A stretch of 64,000 nt of DNA from a virus (lineage: Duplodnaviria; Caudoviricetes), in the IMG/VR virus record IMGVR_UViG_3300012983_000001, positions 144,434-208,433 of that record; one strand, 5' to 3'. The notes beneath the pieces were generated by a model that was not told the DNA's origin, did not search any database, and was given only the letters and a program-made list of their open reading frames with translations. Every line of letters begins with the position of its first letter. The stretch's first letter is position 1. A program made the translations under genes and the position numbers. Of the stretch, positions 19,960-30,207 are shown one piece after another.

Positions 19960-22900
19960 TTATGCAATTTCGGTAAATAATACCTTTAACTGGATGTTCT
20001 TGGATACGTTCTTCAATCTCACAGCCTTATAGGTTACGTTATTGATAATCATATCTTCGAATGCTTCGATAACTTCTACAGTAGAAGCATCTGCCATATT
20101 GATAACAGTAACAGCGGAAACTTCATAACCATCCGCAGGTACTAAAGGCATATCAAATACGCCGTCATACTCAACAGAAGTTGTGATAGTATTTACTGTC
20201 TTGTTATCGTACAGCATTGCGCCCTTACCACCTTCAATATAAGCACTGATAGAGCAAGGATACTGCAATAACCAGTTTGTATCATTAGTACCGTCCTTAA
20301 GAGGTACACATGCAAACTTGGAAATTGTATAAGTCTTTGTTGTAGTGCCGCCTGTTTCTGTAGTATTTGTTTCCTTAACGGAATATAACATCAAATACTT
20401 ATCAGGAGCAGCGTCGGTAAGCTGTACATCACCAGTAGGTAATACATCACCGATAACACCACCATAAGGTACACCCTGAATATTGTATTCAAAGGACTCG
20501 TTTTCGGTTGTGCCATCGTACAGTACTGCCTTAATGTGAGCGCCAGTACCAAAAGAGTCAATTGGTGCAGGAGCAATACCGTAATAGATTTTCTCACCTG
20601 CTTCAGCAGTAAAGCCACTAATCTTAAGATAAGATGTAGTATTATCTGCTTTATTATCGCCCTGGTCAAGCGTTACGCCAGTTTCAGGTGCAATCGGTTG
20701 ACTTAAATCGCCCTTATATTCACTAGTATTAACGACTGCAAGCTGAATTGGGCTGTAAGCGGATGGAGTGTTAACACTACCAATCCATGCGCTATTTGGA
20801 ACAATGCTCCAATATACACTACATTCATCAACCTTATCTCTTGGATAAATGTCAGATTCAACATTCTTCCAGTGCTCAGTGAACAGAGACAAGCTTTGTA
20901 TTGCAAGCTTTAACAGGATTTCTTCGTCTTCATAACGAGGTTCGATTTCCTGTTTCTTGATAGCTAAACCATATCTTGCATTTGGAGAGTCACTTAATGG
21001 AGAGAACGGTGCGGTAATCGGGAAGAATACAAAGGTCTCTTCATATTCATTAGGGTCTTTTTCGAAGTCCTTATTGATTACCAGTTCATCCAGTGCATAT
21101 AAGCTTGCGCTGTCGATAACGAGTAAGTCACTAAGAGTACCACGAGGACCATCGTTACTATGTGTAACTTTGATGCGGTCTGCATAGTATTCACCAGTGT
21201 AACTGGACTTACCATACATTACCTTACTCATGTATTCTTCTGTGGTTGCAAATAACATATGGTGTTTCTGATAGTAAGCCTTAGAACGGGTATGATACAT
21301 CATAATAGATGTAATACCGTCAGAGGTATTGATACCATAGTCCTTTACCTTATCTACGTCAACAACGTTACCAAAAACGTCTCTGGATACACCACTTGTA
21401 ATTACGAATTTCTCCTGATAATCACTGAAGTTCAACAGGATAATATAATTATCGTTGTTGTACTGAAGATGTTCAGGGTCAATCTTGATACGCAACAGGT
21501 CGGACTTACCATTGTTCATGTAGAACTCTCTTTCAGTAGCATTTACGAAAGGAGTTACTGGTTTTCCAGTTCCCTTTTCGATAATCATGTACTTAGGCCA
21601 TCTTTCACGATTGAAATAGGTCTTGTCGGTTAACTGAATATCGTAATATTCATCACCAGTACATTCAGTACTCCAAGGACAAACGGTAATGAATGCTGCA
21701 AGCGCATCCTGGTCATATGTACCGTCTTTTACTTCAGCCGCACTTAAGGTATACTCGTACATTTCACGAATGGTCTTCTCAGTTGTCAGAGTAGTATTAC
21801 ATGGCTCTGTACTGGAAGAAGTAAATAATGCAAAGTTACCTGCGGTATCATTGATGGAATTATCGAAAGATTCGATACGTCCACAATAACAACCAGATAC
21901 TAAGTGACGGTCTCTCTCGTAGTCAAGAGACGGATTACCCATTACGATAATGGAGAATCTGTCGTTGTTGGTGTTAATCCAGTATCTCATCTTTGTGTCA
22001 GCGTTTAAGCCCGCTGTTTCCAATGGAACAAGGATAGTACCATCGTGAATACTAGAGATGCTAACGTCAGCATCAATAGAGTCAACAATGATTTCTTCGA
22101 AATCCTGGTACCAAGACAGCTTAGACCAAGGAGAAATGTGTGAATTAGTCTGCACCAATTCGCCGCTGGCATTGTACACGTTATCCATCGGACCGTTCAT
22201 CTCGTCATTGATGATATCGAATAATCTCATTAAAACATAATGGTTATTCAACAGAGTTACTCTTTCAGAGATAACATCCTGCTCGTTGGTCTCGTAAGTA
22301 TATCTAACTACTAAGCGGCCCTGGCTGGATTCCTCAAAGGTAATATCTTCATCAAAGATGATTGTCTGATTATCAAGGTGATATAAGCTGGTACTTAATG
22401 GAGTGTAAATACCATTCAGGCAAAACTCAGGAACTAATTTTTCGGTTGGTGACTTTGCTACTTTGTAAGTAGAATTTACACCAGTCTTAATGCTGTAGGT
22501 CTTAAGTTTCTTAAGGCCTTCAAACATCATGTTATATACGTTACCGAGTCTTAAAATGGTAATTGTAAGCTTCTCCAATAAAGTATAAGTCTTCGGCTCA
22601 ATACCTTCGCCACTGTCCAGGCTGTTCAGAATTAAGGAATACAAAGCCGCATCGTCCTGCTTAATCTTTGTGAGCTGTGCTGCATTAAAAGTAACGAATG
22701 TACTAGCTCCATCAGTTAACGGCGGGCTAAATGTATCGTCACCGATGATACCACAAATCTTTCTTACGTAATCATCACACTCAGTATAAGTGAGTTTGAC
22801 GGTACCAGAAGTTGGGTCATTCTGGTGCAACAAGCTACCGTCTTCCTCTTTACAGAGAAATGCACTAATGTCTTCTTCGGTAGAATGCTGAAGTTGTAAG

Positions 22901-23433
22901 GAATCGGAATATAACTCCTTGGTAATCAGCTTAGGAGTAATACCGTGTCTTTCACAATCCAACGGATACTCTTCTGGATTTGCCAGATATGCTGGTTTGT
23001 AAATCTCCAGATACATTGTTAAGGATGCCTTATTGGAATCAGAGTCTACCGTAAGGTCATCAAATTCAATGTCTGCCAAATCTTTTGGAGTGGTAGTTGT
23101 ACGTAAGATAACGGTATCTGCAATCTTGCTTACCTGATTGAGAATCTTCTTCTGATATTCTTCAATAGATAAGTATTCTGTAGTGTAATTGCCTTCCTCG
23201 TCATACAAGGTTAAGCCGAGAGAGTCATCAGGCTTAGGATAAACAATATCCCAGTTCTTGTCGATTGACACCAATGCTTTTTCAAGCTCATTGCCATCAA
23301 CGTCCTTCAGGGCTTCTGTTCTAACGCCTAAGGCCAATACTTTGGCGATTTCCTTCGGGAAATCTGTAGAAGAACATAAGCCTTCATAATACTTGAACAC
23401 TTTACGTTCTACATTATTGACATTTACAGCCAT
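19960..23433 (-). CDS. Large virion structural protein
   Basis: 1157 aa, strong RBS, codon usage similar to the capsid gene. Confidence 0.45.
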   Translation of the reverse strand: MAVNVNNVERKVFKYYEGLCSSTDFPKEIAKVLALGVRTEALKDVDGNELEKALVSIDKNWDIVYPKPDDSLGLTLYDEEGNYTTEYLSIEEYQKKILNQVSKIADTVILRTTTTPKDLADIEFDDLTVDSDSNKASLTMYLEIYKPAYLANPEEYPLDCERHGITPKLITKELYSDSLQLQHSTEEDISAFLCKEEDGSLLHQNDPTSGTVKLTYTECDDYVRKICGIIGDDTFSPPLTDGASTFVTFNAAQLTKIKQDDAALYSLILNSLDSGEGIEPKTYTLLEKLTITILRLGNVYNMMFEGLKKLKTYSIKTGVNSTYKVAKSPTEKLVPEFCLNGIYTPLSTSLYHLDNQTIIFDEDITFEESSQGRLVVRYTYETNEQDVISERVTLLNNHYVLMRLFDIINDEMNGPMDNVYNASGELVQTNSHISPWSKLSWYQDFEEIIVDSIDADVSISSIHDGTILVPLETAGLNADTKMRYWINTNNDRFSIIVMGNPSLDYERDRHLVSGCYCGRIESFDNSINDTAGNFALFTSSSTEPCNTTLTTEKTIREMYEYTLSAAEVKDGTYDQDALAAFITVCPWSTECTGDEYYDIQLTDKTYFNRERWPKYMIIEKGTGKPVTPFVNATEREFYMNNGKSDLLRIKIDPEHLQYNNDNYIILLNFSDYQEKFVITSGVSRDVFGNVVDVDKVKDYGINTSDGITSIMMYHTRSKAYYQKHHMLFATTEEYMSKVMYGKSSYTGEYYADRIKVTHSNDGPRGTLSDLLVIDSASLYALDELVINKDFEKDPNEYEETFVFFPITAPFSPLSDSPNARYGLAIKKQEIEPRYEDEEILLKLAIQSLSLFTEHWKNVESDIYPRDKVDECSVYWSIVPNSAWIGSVNTPSAYSPIQLAVVNTSEYKGDLSQPIAPETGVTLDQGDNKADNTTSYLKISGFTAEAGEKIYYGIAPAPIDSFGTGAHIKAVLYDGTTENESFEYNIQGVPYGGVIGDVLPTGDVQLTDAAPDKYLMLYSVKETNTTETGGTTTKTYTISKFACVPLKDGTNDTNWLLQYPCSISAYIEGGKGAMLYDNKTVNTITTSVEYDGVFDMPLVPADGYEVSAVTVINMADASTVEVIEAFEDMIINNVTYKAVRLKNVSKNIQLKVLFTEIA

Positions 23434-23489
23434 TTTGGTTACCTCCTTATAAGATTGTATACTATATAATATACCAGTCTAACGAACGA

Positions 23490-24020
23490 TTATGCGTCTG
23501 GAATAGGGTTCATTTCTGCTCCCGTGATTTCAGCTGTTGGTGTAGATACCGTAAAAGTATCTATCAAATCAACAGTAATCTGTTCGGCTTTAACTGGATT
23601 TCTTAATAGTCTCACACCTAACCATACTTTCTTAGATGTACCGCTAATATTAACAAATTTTAGTTTGAATTTGGATTCAGGCGGTAATACATATACATAC
23701 GTTGATGTACCAATGTACAAACCTTCTTTAACTTCCGTAGGAAACCAAGTATCAAACCAAAGTTCATCATTAACGAATAAATTATAATAGTCATTCTCGC
23801 CATATCCACTGCAAGTTACGACAATCGACATCAATTCCATCTCTTCATCTGGGCTAGTGTAATCTAAATCATAAACGCCAGCAATGGCAGGAATGTTTAT
23901 CATAGTCATCTTATTGTACGGTTGGCTTAAGTAAGCAAAGTTTCGAATTCGGTCTACGTAATTGACGCGCTTGACTTTATCAAGCTCACCACCTGCAACG
24001 TATACAACTTGGAATCCCAT
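23490..24020 (-). CDS. Hypothetical virion protein
   Basis: 176 aa with RBS GAGGTG. Confidence 0.4.
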   Translation of the reverse strand: MGFQVVYVAGGELDKVKRVNYVDRIRNFAYLSQPYNKMTMINIPAIAGVYDLDYTSPDEEMELMSIVVTCSGYGENDYYNLFVNDELWFDTWFPTEVKEGLYIGTSTYVYVLPPESKFKLKFVNISGTSKKVWLGVRLLRNPVKAEQITVDLIDTFTVSTPTAEITGAEMNPIPDA

Positions 24021-24030
24021 GAACTCACCT

Positions 24031-24696
24031 CTATCCTATGTTTTGTACATAAGGTACACGATTGTTAAAGTAGTCAGGGTCTCCAACAAACTTGTACTCG
24101 TGTTTGTCTTCAATCGGCAGCACAAACGTTACTTCTGTATCATCCATAGTAATCATGATATCGTCGTATGTAATGCCAGCAATCTGATTCTGGTCTAAAT
24201 CAAAGTGAGCTTTAATATAACCGATATTACCTTCTGGAACAATATCACTTACCTCGCTTGCGTCATGAATACTATAAGATGCACTTTTGACATAAACGTC
24301 ATCTACCAATACGTTGATAATAAAATCTCTGCCACACTGACCGTCTGCATCTGGCATCAGCAATGCTTTGATTTCATCACCTGTCAGCCATTTGTCTGTA
24401 TTTATGTCTTTCAGTGTAATGAAGATATCACCTGAAGCTGCATCGTTAATTACGGTGTTCATCTTAAAAGTTAACAGCTCTGAGATAACATACTTAGAAG
24501 CCTGTAATGAGTGGATAACGCTATCCATCATTTCGTTAATCAGCATTTTGGTACTCTTGGTAATACCATTGTTCATTAAGTAGTCACGAAACTCTTTGAC
24601 TGTAATCTTTTTGGTTTCAGCACTATCTTCGATTACAAGGATATCGGTATCCTGAATCTCAATAGCAGTCTTGGATGTAAGATTACTAATCTTCAC
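24031..24696 (-). CDS. Hypothetical virion protein
   Basis: KISNL...DTDILVIED..TKKIT N-terminal motif common in fibre/appendage proteins. Confidence 0.4.
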   Translation of the reverse strand: MKISNLTSKTAIEIQDTDILVIEDSAETKKITVKEFRDYLMNNGITKSTKMLINEMMDSVIHSLQASKYVISELLTFKMNTVINDAASGDIFITLKDINTDKWLTGDEIKALLMPDADGQCGRDFIINVLVDDVYVKSASYSIHDASEVSDIVPEGNIGYIKAHFDLDQNQIAGITYDDIMITMDDTEVTFVLPIEDKHEYKFVGDPDYFNNRVPYVQNIG

Positions 24697-25777
24697 TATT
24701 CACACCTCCAGTCGTAGCTTGAATAAGATTGCCACTTCGTAAAGTCTCAAGATACTCAAGCTCTTCGACTTCGTCAATATTGACTGGAGTAAAGATAACA
24801 TAAGTTACATCGAAGTACGCATCATATACTACAGTCCATTTGCCGTCCACTGTTTCATGGGCATATTCTTCGTGCTCTTCGTCGAAACTTTCTCCATATA
24901 CATAGCAATCATCTAATCTAAGCCTAGATTCATCAATTTTCCCTTTTATTTTAATATAAATAACATTAGTTTTCAAGCTAATATTTACATTATCTTCAGC
25001 TGGAAAAAACTCAAGAATCTCGATTGGCTCTTCCAAGCCATCAAGGAATTCATCAAGATGAAGAATTTCAGGAGTATCTTGTTCTGCAACTACAGCATCT
25101 GTTATTGCTTTGATAAATATCTGATGAACATCGCTCCATTCACCATTCTCACTTTTAACCCTAACATGGTACATACCTTCTTCGGCATCAAAGACAGGAG
25201 TAAATCGCATCAGTTCTTCTATCTTATTGCCAGGAATAACTTCGTTACATAACAAAAGCTCGAAAGTATTACTCTTCGAAACCTGGAAAATATATGATTC
25301 AGAACATTGATTCTTCCATACAAATTCAGGTATTGCATTTATGATACTTCCATATTTAGGCGATGTGATTTCACATCTAGGGAAGCTTGCGACTGACTCT
25401 GTATAGAAGCAAGACACATGCTTCTTAATCATTTTATTCCCAGTAATATCAGTGATTCCATCGCTTAACATTACCACATAACAGGTATCTGTATTAAATG
25501 GTTCGTCAGGCGTATACGTGAGAACCCTATCCTTGTAGGATATTGCGCCCTTCACTACACTGTATTGCGAATAATCTTTCAAGCTATTGATATTCTTATA
25601 TATTTTGTTGTAATCTTCAAGAACTACAATGTTTTTAACGAAGCTTGCTGGGTTAATGTCAGCGCTAAATGTTATTTCAATACTGGAATGCACGTTAACG
25701 CTGGCCATTTGATGATTTGGAGATACGCTCAACACTCTAAGACCGATTGTTTCATTATTGTTGTTCATGTATCTCAC
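24686..25777 (-). CDS. Ig-like (SbsA/Big_5-type) head-associated protein
   Basis: VLSVSP...V...IEITFSADIN...LTYTPDEPF...Y.V.LSDGITDITGN. Confidence 0.65.
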   Translation of the reverse strand: MRYMNNNNETIGLRVLSVSPNHQMASVNVHSSIEITFSADINPASFVKNIVVLEDYNKIYKNINSLKDYSQYSVVKGAISYKDRVLTYTPDEPFNTDTCYVVMLSDGITDITGNKMIKKHVSCFYTESVASFPRCEITSPKYGSIINAIPEFVWKNQCSESYIFQVSKSNTFELLLCNEVIPGNKIEELMRFTPVFDAEEGMYHVRVKSENGEWSDVHQIFIKAITDAVVAEQDTPEILHLDEFLDGLEEPIEILEFFPAEDNVNISLKTNVIYIKIKGKIDESRLRLDDCYVYGESFDEEHEEYAHETVDGKWTVVYDAYFDVTYVIFTPVNIDEVEELEYLETLRSGNLIQATTGGVNSED

Positions 25778-25788
25778 CTTCTATTCAT

Positions 25789-26265
25789 TTATTCAGCTTT
25801 TGCTTTGCGTCCGCCTCTCTTTGGCTTATCTCCTGTTTCAGCAGCAGGCTCAACAGTTGCTTCTGCTTGCTGAGTTTCGTCAGCAGATTCAGTAGTTTCA
25901 TCAACCGTTACAGTCTCATCAGGATTTACCTGTGCGGTATCGCTATTCTCTTCGTCATTGGTTTGTTCAGGTTCAGAATTCTTCAGTTCTGGTGTTTCCT
26001 GAGCTTCCTGAGGCTTCTGTGGTGCAGGAGCAGGAGTTTCTTCCTTCTTTGGAGCTACTTCTGCGTTACCCTTCACTGTACCTGTTTCAAGGTCAATTAC
26101 ACCATCAACGTCTAAGACCGTTTTAGCTTTGACTGCTCTTAAAATAGCAGCAGTAACCTCGTTGGCATAGCCAACGGGGTTACTTACTGTCAAATGCAAT
26201 CTTGAAACAGGACAGAAGAAAGCGTAATTGTTAAATTTATGTGTGTTCAACATCAACTTAATCAT
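25789..26265 (-). CDS. Hypothetical protein with acidic low-complexity tail
   Basis: Immediately downstream of the capsid gene; E/T/Q-rich region ending KPKRGGRKAKAE. Confidence 0.5.
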   Translation of the reverse strand: MIKLMLNTHKFNNYAFFCPVSRLHLTVSNPVGYANEVTAAILRAVKAKTVLDVDGVIDLETGTVKGNAEVAPKKEETPAPAPQKPQEAQETPELKNSEPEQTNDEENSDTAQVNPDETVTVDETTESADETQQAEATVEPAAETGDKPKRGGRKAKAE

Positions 26266-26287
26266 TGTCTTTCTCCTTCCGTTCTAA

Positions 26288-27463
26288 TTACTGGTTGATA
26301 ACAATCATGCGCTCTGGTGTAGCGTAAGACTTAGCCATGCTAATGTTCTTAGCGGAGCAGATTGCACGACCTTCGTTATATGTACCGAAGCCATAACGCT
26401 CGATAACCTTAACGTTGTTGAGGTCACGGGATGGGTCTCTGAACTCTTCAGTCTTGAGCTCATCCTTAACAATCTGTACACCAACATTGTTTGCGTCTAC
26501 GCAGAACATGTCAAAGGTCTTGCCTGCTCTGTCGATAGGAGCAAATGGAGACAGATTAACATTGAAAGAGAATGGGAGACGACCCTGAATGCTTTCAGGT
26601 CCGAGCTTGAACTGAGCGTTCGGCATCTCTCTCTTAGTTTCACGGTCAAACGGAGCTGTAAGAGAACCAGTAAGACCATTACGAGCAAATACTGTCCATA
26701 CAAGCGGATGCATGATAAGGTCAGTAGGAGTGTACTCGTTGTTGTAAACAGCAATGATGATATCGAGCAAGTCGTCGATACTCATTGTGTCATTCAGGTT
26801 ACCCTGGAAGTCAAGACCAGTAGTACCAGCTTCTGGAATAGTACCTCTTAAGCTGTTATCGAATACGGTCCAGCCATGGCGTAACCATTCATCAAATGCC
26901 TTCTGTTCCTTAAGACGAGCCATTGCGCGGCCTGCTTCCTGAAGCAGAATAGAGATAAGGTCAAATTCCAAATCAGACTGTAATTCATCGGAATACTGGA
27001 TACGTACACCGCTCTTACCAACGCTGATAAGAGAATTCTTGTGTAACTGCCAGTCAACAGTCTCTTCTGGAATTTCCTGACCTTCGGCAACATCATGTGC
27101 TCTCATAACGCCGATGGAAGGGAACATAACAGCCTGACCGTTCTTAAGACGAATCTTCTTATAGAACTTGGAAGCCAGGTATACAGGGTCAGCCGCCTGT
27201 CTCATGGTACCAACGATAACTCTCGGAATAAGAACCTTTGCGGATGGAGATGCAAGGAAATCCTTAAAGCTAAAGCCAGGTACATTCTTGCCGTCCAGAA
27301 CATTACTGAAAGCAGTAAATACTTTCTGGTCATCTTCGGTAAGTTGATACTGGTCTAACTCAGCATCTGTAAGCGGTAAGCCCTTAGTCAGTTTATCTTG
27401 TAATTCTCTCTGGATTGAGGCGTTTGCCTGTTCCATCTGGTCTAAAATATTAACTAATGCCAT
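26288..27463 (-). CDS. Major capsid protein (HK97 fold)
   Basis: 391 aa; LIPRVI, VAEGQEIPE, KSGVRIQYSDE, LIMHPLVW, ERYGFG motifs; portal-protease-X-capsid gene order. Confidence 0.85.
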   Translation of the reverse strand: MALVNILDQMEQANASIQRELQDKLTKGLPLTDAELDQYQLTEDDQKVFTAFSNVLDGKNVPGFSFKDFLASPSAKVLIPRVIVGTMRQAADPVYLASKFYKKIRLKNGQAVMFPSIGVMRAHDVAEGQEIPEETVDWQLHKNSLISVGKSGVRIQYSDELQSDLEFDLISILLQEAGRAMARLKEQKAFDEWLRHGWTVFDNSLRGTIPEAGTTGLDFQGNLNDTMSIDDLLDIIIAVYNNEYTPTDLIMHPLVWTVFARNGLTGSLTAPFDRETKREMPNAQFKLGPESIQGRLPFSFNVNLSPFAPIDRAGKTFDMFCVDANNVGVQIVKDELKTEEFRDPSRDLNNVKVIERYGFGTYNEGRAICSAKNISMAKSYATPERMIVINQ

Positions 27464-27517
27464 TGTAATATCCTCCTATTTTTATTTTTGCTGGCTCTTG
27501 CGAGCCAGCTTGAATAC

Positions 27518-28717
27518 TTATTTCTTAAGCAGCACGTACATAGCACCCTGAACACCCTTGAAGTCTGCCCAAGACGGTGTGCCATAATGCATTGCCTTAT
27601 AAGTTGCGGTTACAGTAGCGTCAGCATCTGGAGCTTCAGCAACAGTGACGGAGATTAAGCCCTTCTGATAGTTAATAGCAACCTTATCAGCAGCTACTTC
27701 AGTACCATCAACGAATACCTTAACGCCGTTCTGGAGATTGGTTAACTTACCACCTGCGAAATCCTTTGCCTGGAACTGAACGAGAGTACCAGCAACAGTA
27801 CCAGCAGGGATAGCACCGATTTCCATATTGGTGTATTCGGTATCATTCTTGCCGAATCCATCGTAGTTACCAGAACCGTCATGAAGACCAATAATACCAG
27901 TTGGATTATTGATAAGCTTGGACTGGTAGTTCTGGAAGATAGTATTACCTTCAGCATAGCCTGGGTCAAACGGATATCCCTCATCGGAAGGAAGATTGGA
28001 AACGCCAGAACGATTAATGAACTCATTGTCATCATACTTGTACTGTTCTTCCCACAGCATCCACTTAAGCCAGCCAGTAGGCTCAGCATTAAGGTCGGAA
28101 GCGAGAACCTGACCAACGATTTCATGAGGCTTATCTGTATTTGGATTCCACTTGGTTAAACGACCAGATGGAGTAGCCTTTAAGTAATCACCGTTCTGAC
28201 ATTCACCGATAACAGCACCCCATGGCATTCTGTTATCAACAGAAAGCTCCTGCTCTTCCTTGAGGACACCAGCTACGTCGAAAGTAGTCTGAGCGGTAAA
28301 GCCAGGCATATAAGGAAGCTGTACGTAATCCAGAGTAATGATGGAAGGCTGATTGCCGCCGAATCTGTCCATCTGGAACCAATCCTTAGTGAAGTTGTAT
28401 GGAGCCATACCGATGGTGTTGCCACCTAATGCCATACCTGGCAGAGTAATGGAAGCAAGGAATTTCTTGGATACGTAATCCTTAACGGATGCGCCGACAC
28501 CAACAACACGTCCCTTTGGAATAACTACTTCGTCCATTCCAGGACCGCCGTATTGGTAGTTGAATAATACACCGTCCTTAAAGATGCTGCTCATCTTCTT
28601 ATCTAAGAACTGTGGGTCGAGAATCCACTTCTCTGCTGGAGACATATGACCAGAACGCACTAACGCGGTATGAGAACGTGAACCCTGCTGGTTTTCATAA
28701 CCTCTAAATAAAGCCAT
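27518..28717 (-). CDS. Capsid decoration/accessory structural protein
   Basis: Lies between protease and capsid; VVIPKGRVVG motif; start moved to MALFRG behind GGAGG. Confidence 0.55.
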   Translation of the reverse strand: MALFRGYENQQGSRSHTALVRSGHMSPAEKWILDPQFLDKKMSSIFKDGVLFNYQYGGPGMDEVVIPKGRVVGVGASVKDYVSKKFLASITLPGMALGGNTIGMAPYNFTKDWFQMDRFGGNQPSIITLDYVQLPYMPGFTAQTTFDVAGVLKEEQELSVDNRMPWGAVIGECQNGDYLKATPSGRLTKWNPNTDKPHEIVGQVLASDLNAEPTGWLKWMLWEEQYKYDDNEFINRSGVSNLPSDEGYPFDPGYAEGNTIFQNYQSKLINNPTGIIGLHDGSGNYDGFGKNDTEYTNMEIGAIPAGTVAGTLVQFQAKDFAGGKLTNLQNGVKVFVDGTEVAADKVAINYQKGLISVTVAEAPDADATVTATYKAMHYGTPSWADFKGVQGAMYVLLKK

Positions 28718-28739
28718 CTTTATTTCCTCCTTATTGATA

Positions 28740-30206
28740 TTATTTGAACAACTTACCAACAATGTCATTTGCAAAGTCGTCTACGGTCTTCTTTGCGGCG
28801 TTGTTGTCAGTAGTTTCTTTATTAGTATCGGCGGAGCCGTTACTATCTTTGTTGTCGTCCACTTTTACTGGACTTGTTACCTGTGCAGGCTTGCGTACTT
28901 CCTTGGAGTCAGTAGTGGTCTGCTCTTCAGCCAACTTGTTAAGGTCCTTCATAGACATTGCCACAAGTGCTTCTTTACGAGCATCCTTTTCTTCGTCCTT
29001 AAGAGTACCAGCTGCGATTTCCTTAGCAATGATACCATCAGCTACAAGTTCTTTGTTAGCTGTTGCAAGTGCTAAGCACTTATCTTTCATATCATTTGCT
29101 TCGGTTTGAGCTGCGGTCAGGTCTTCCTGTGCTTTTGCTAATGCGTCTTTAGCCTCATTGAGTTCTTTCTCAAGGTTAGCTACTTTTTCATTAGCATCTG
29201 CCAAGTCCTGCTTGAGCTGCTCAGCCTCGTTATTAGTTGCATCTTCTGCTTGACCTGCTTCTGCTTCTGGTGCCTGGTCGTTTACTACAGGTTGCTCAGC
29301 TTCATCTTTATTCTCAGGAGTAGCTGAAGCATCTGAAGTTGTCGCTGCACCGTTGCCTAATAACTGGTCAATCATGTCGCAGACATTCTTCTTTAATTCT
29401 GCGCTCTTGTTGTCTGTGTTAGTTCCAGCCATTGGTTCTTCCTCCTTACTATCTTTCTTATTATCACTGTCTGTAACAACAGTAACTTTCATGATTTGTG
29501 CGAAATCATCAGCAGGGTTGTTTACTGTGGATACCTCATGATATTCGATATCTCTTGCTCCCCAGTAACATACCTGGTCTTTGTAGGACTCACCACGCCA
29601 ATGACCACAGAACTTGAATTTGCCATCCTTCAGAATGGTCTTACCACAAATATTACATGTGACTGTACCCATTGTACCGCCGATACTTACTGTACCATAT
29701 CGACCATCCAAGAACTTTGGAATGGCATCTTGGTCTGTAACTCGTGTTCTCAAATGAATGGCGCTGCGCTCATCTGTGAGTGCTGACGGTCCATACCAAG
29801 ATTGAGTAATACGACCAAGTGGCTCTGAATAAGAGTCATGGTTCTTAAGCATTGGCTTCTTAAATGGATTAGTGAAAGATTCAGCGTCTTTCTCCATGCT
29901 GTCTTCATAATACACACAGTAATTATGATTCTTACCAGAATGGGTAGCTTCCATTTCAACATCAAGGGCAAGTACTTGAGTCTTACCAGCGGCCATGTCT
30001 TTTAATAATTGAAGATTATCAATCGCTTCGCCGTTCTGATTGACATATGTAATGTCATGGACTTTTTGTACTCTGTTCTTCATGTTGTCAGTAATAGAAG
30101 CGGAGGCGCTATCACCTAAATCACCGTTAATGTCACAAATCTTGGATACATCTACAGAAAATGTTTTTCCATTAGCATCCTGAACTTGTTGAATTGCATC
30201 TGCCAT
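28740..30206 (-). CDS. Prohead protease fused to a coiled-coil scaffold
   Basis: PMLKNHD...LGR, TVSIG, CNICG...CGH, EVSTVNNPAD; acidic coiled-coil C-terminus. Confidence 0.8.
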   Translation of the reverse strand: MADAIQQVQDANGKTFSVDVSKICDINGDLGDSASASITDNMKNRVQKVHDITYVNQNGEAIDNLQLLKDMAAGKTQVLALDVEMEATHSGKNHNYCVYYEDSMEKDAESFTNPFKKPMLKNHDSYSEPLGRITQSWYGPSALTDERSAIHLRTRVTDQDAIPKFLDGRYGTVSIGGTMGTVTCNICGKTILKDGKFKFCGHWRGESYKDQVCYWGARDIEYHEVSTVNNPADDFAQIMKVTVVTDSDNKKDSKEEEPMAGTNTDNKSAELKKNVCDMIDQLLGNGAATTSDASATPENKDEAEQPVVNDQAPEAEAGQAEDATNNEAEQLKQDLADANEKVANLEKELNEAKDALAKAQEDLTAAQTEANDMKDKCLALATANKELVADGIIAKEIAAGTLKDEEKDARKEALVAMSMKDLNKLAEEQTTTDSKEVRKPAQVTSPVKVDDNKDSNGSADTNKETTDNNAAKKTVDDFANDIVGKLFK

Positions 30207-30207
30207 T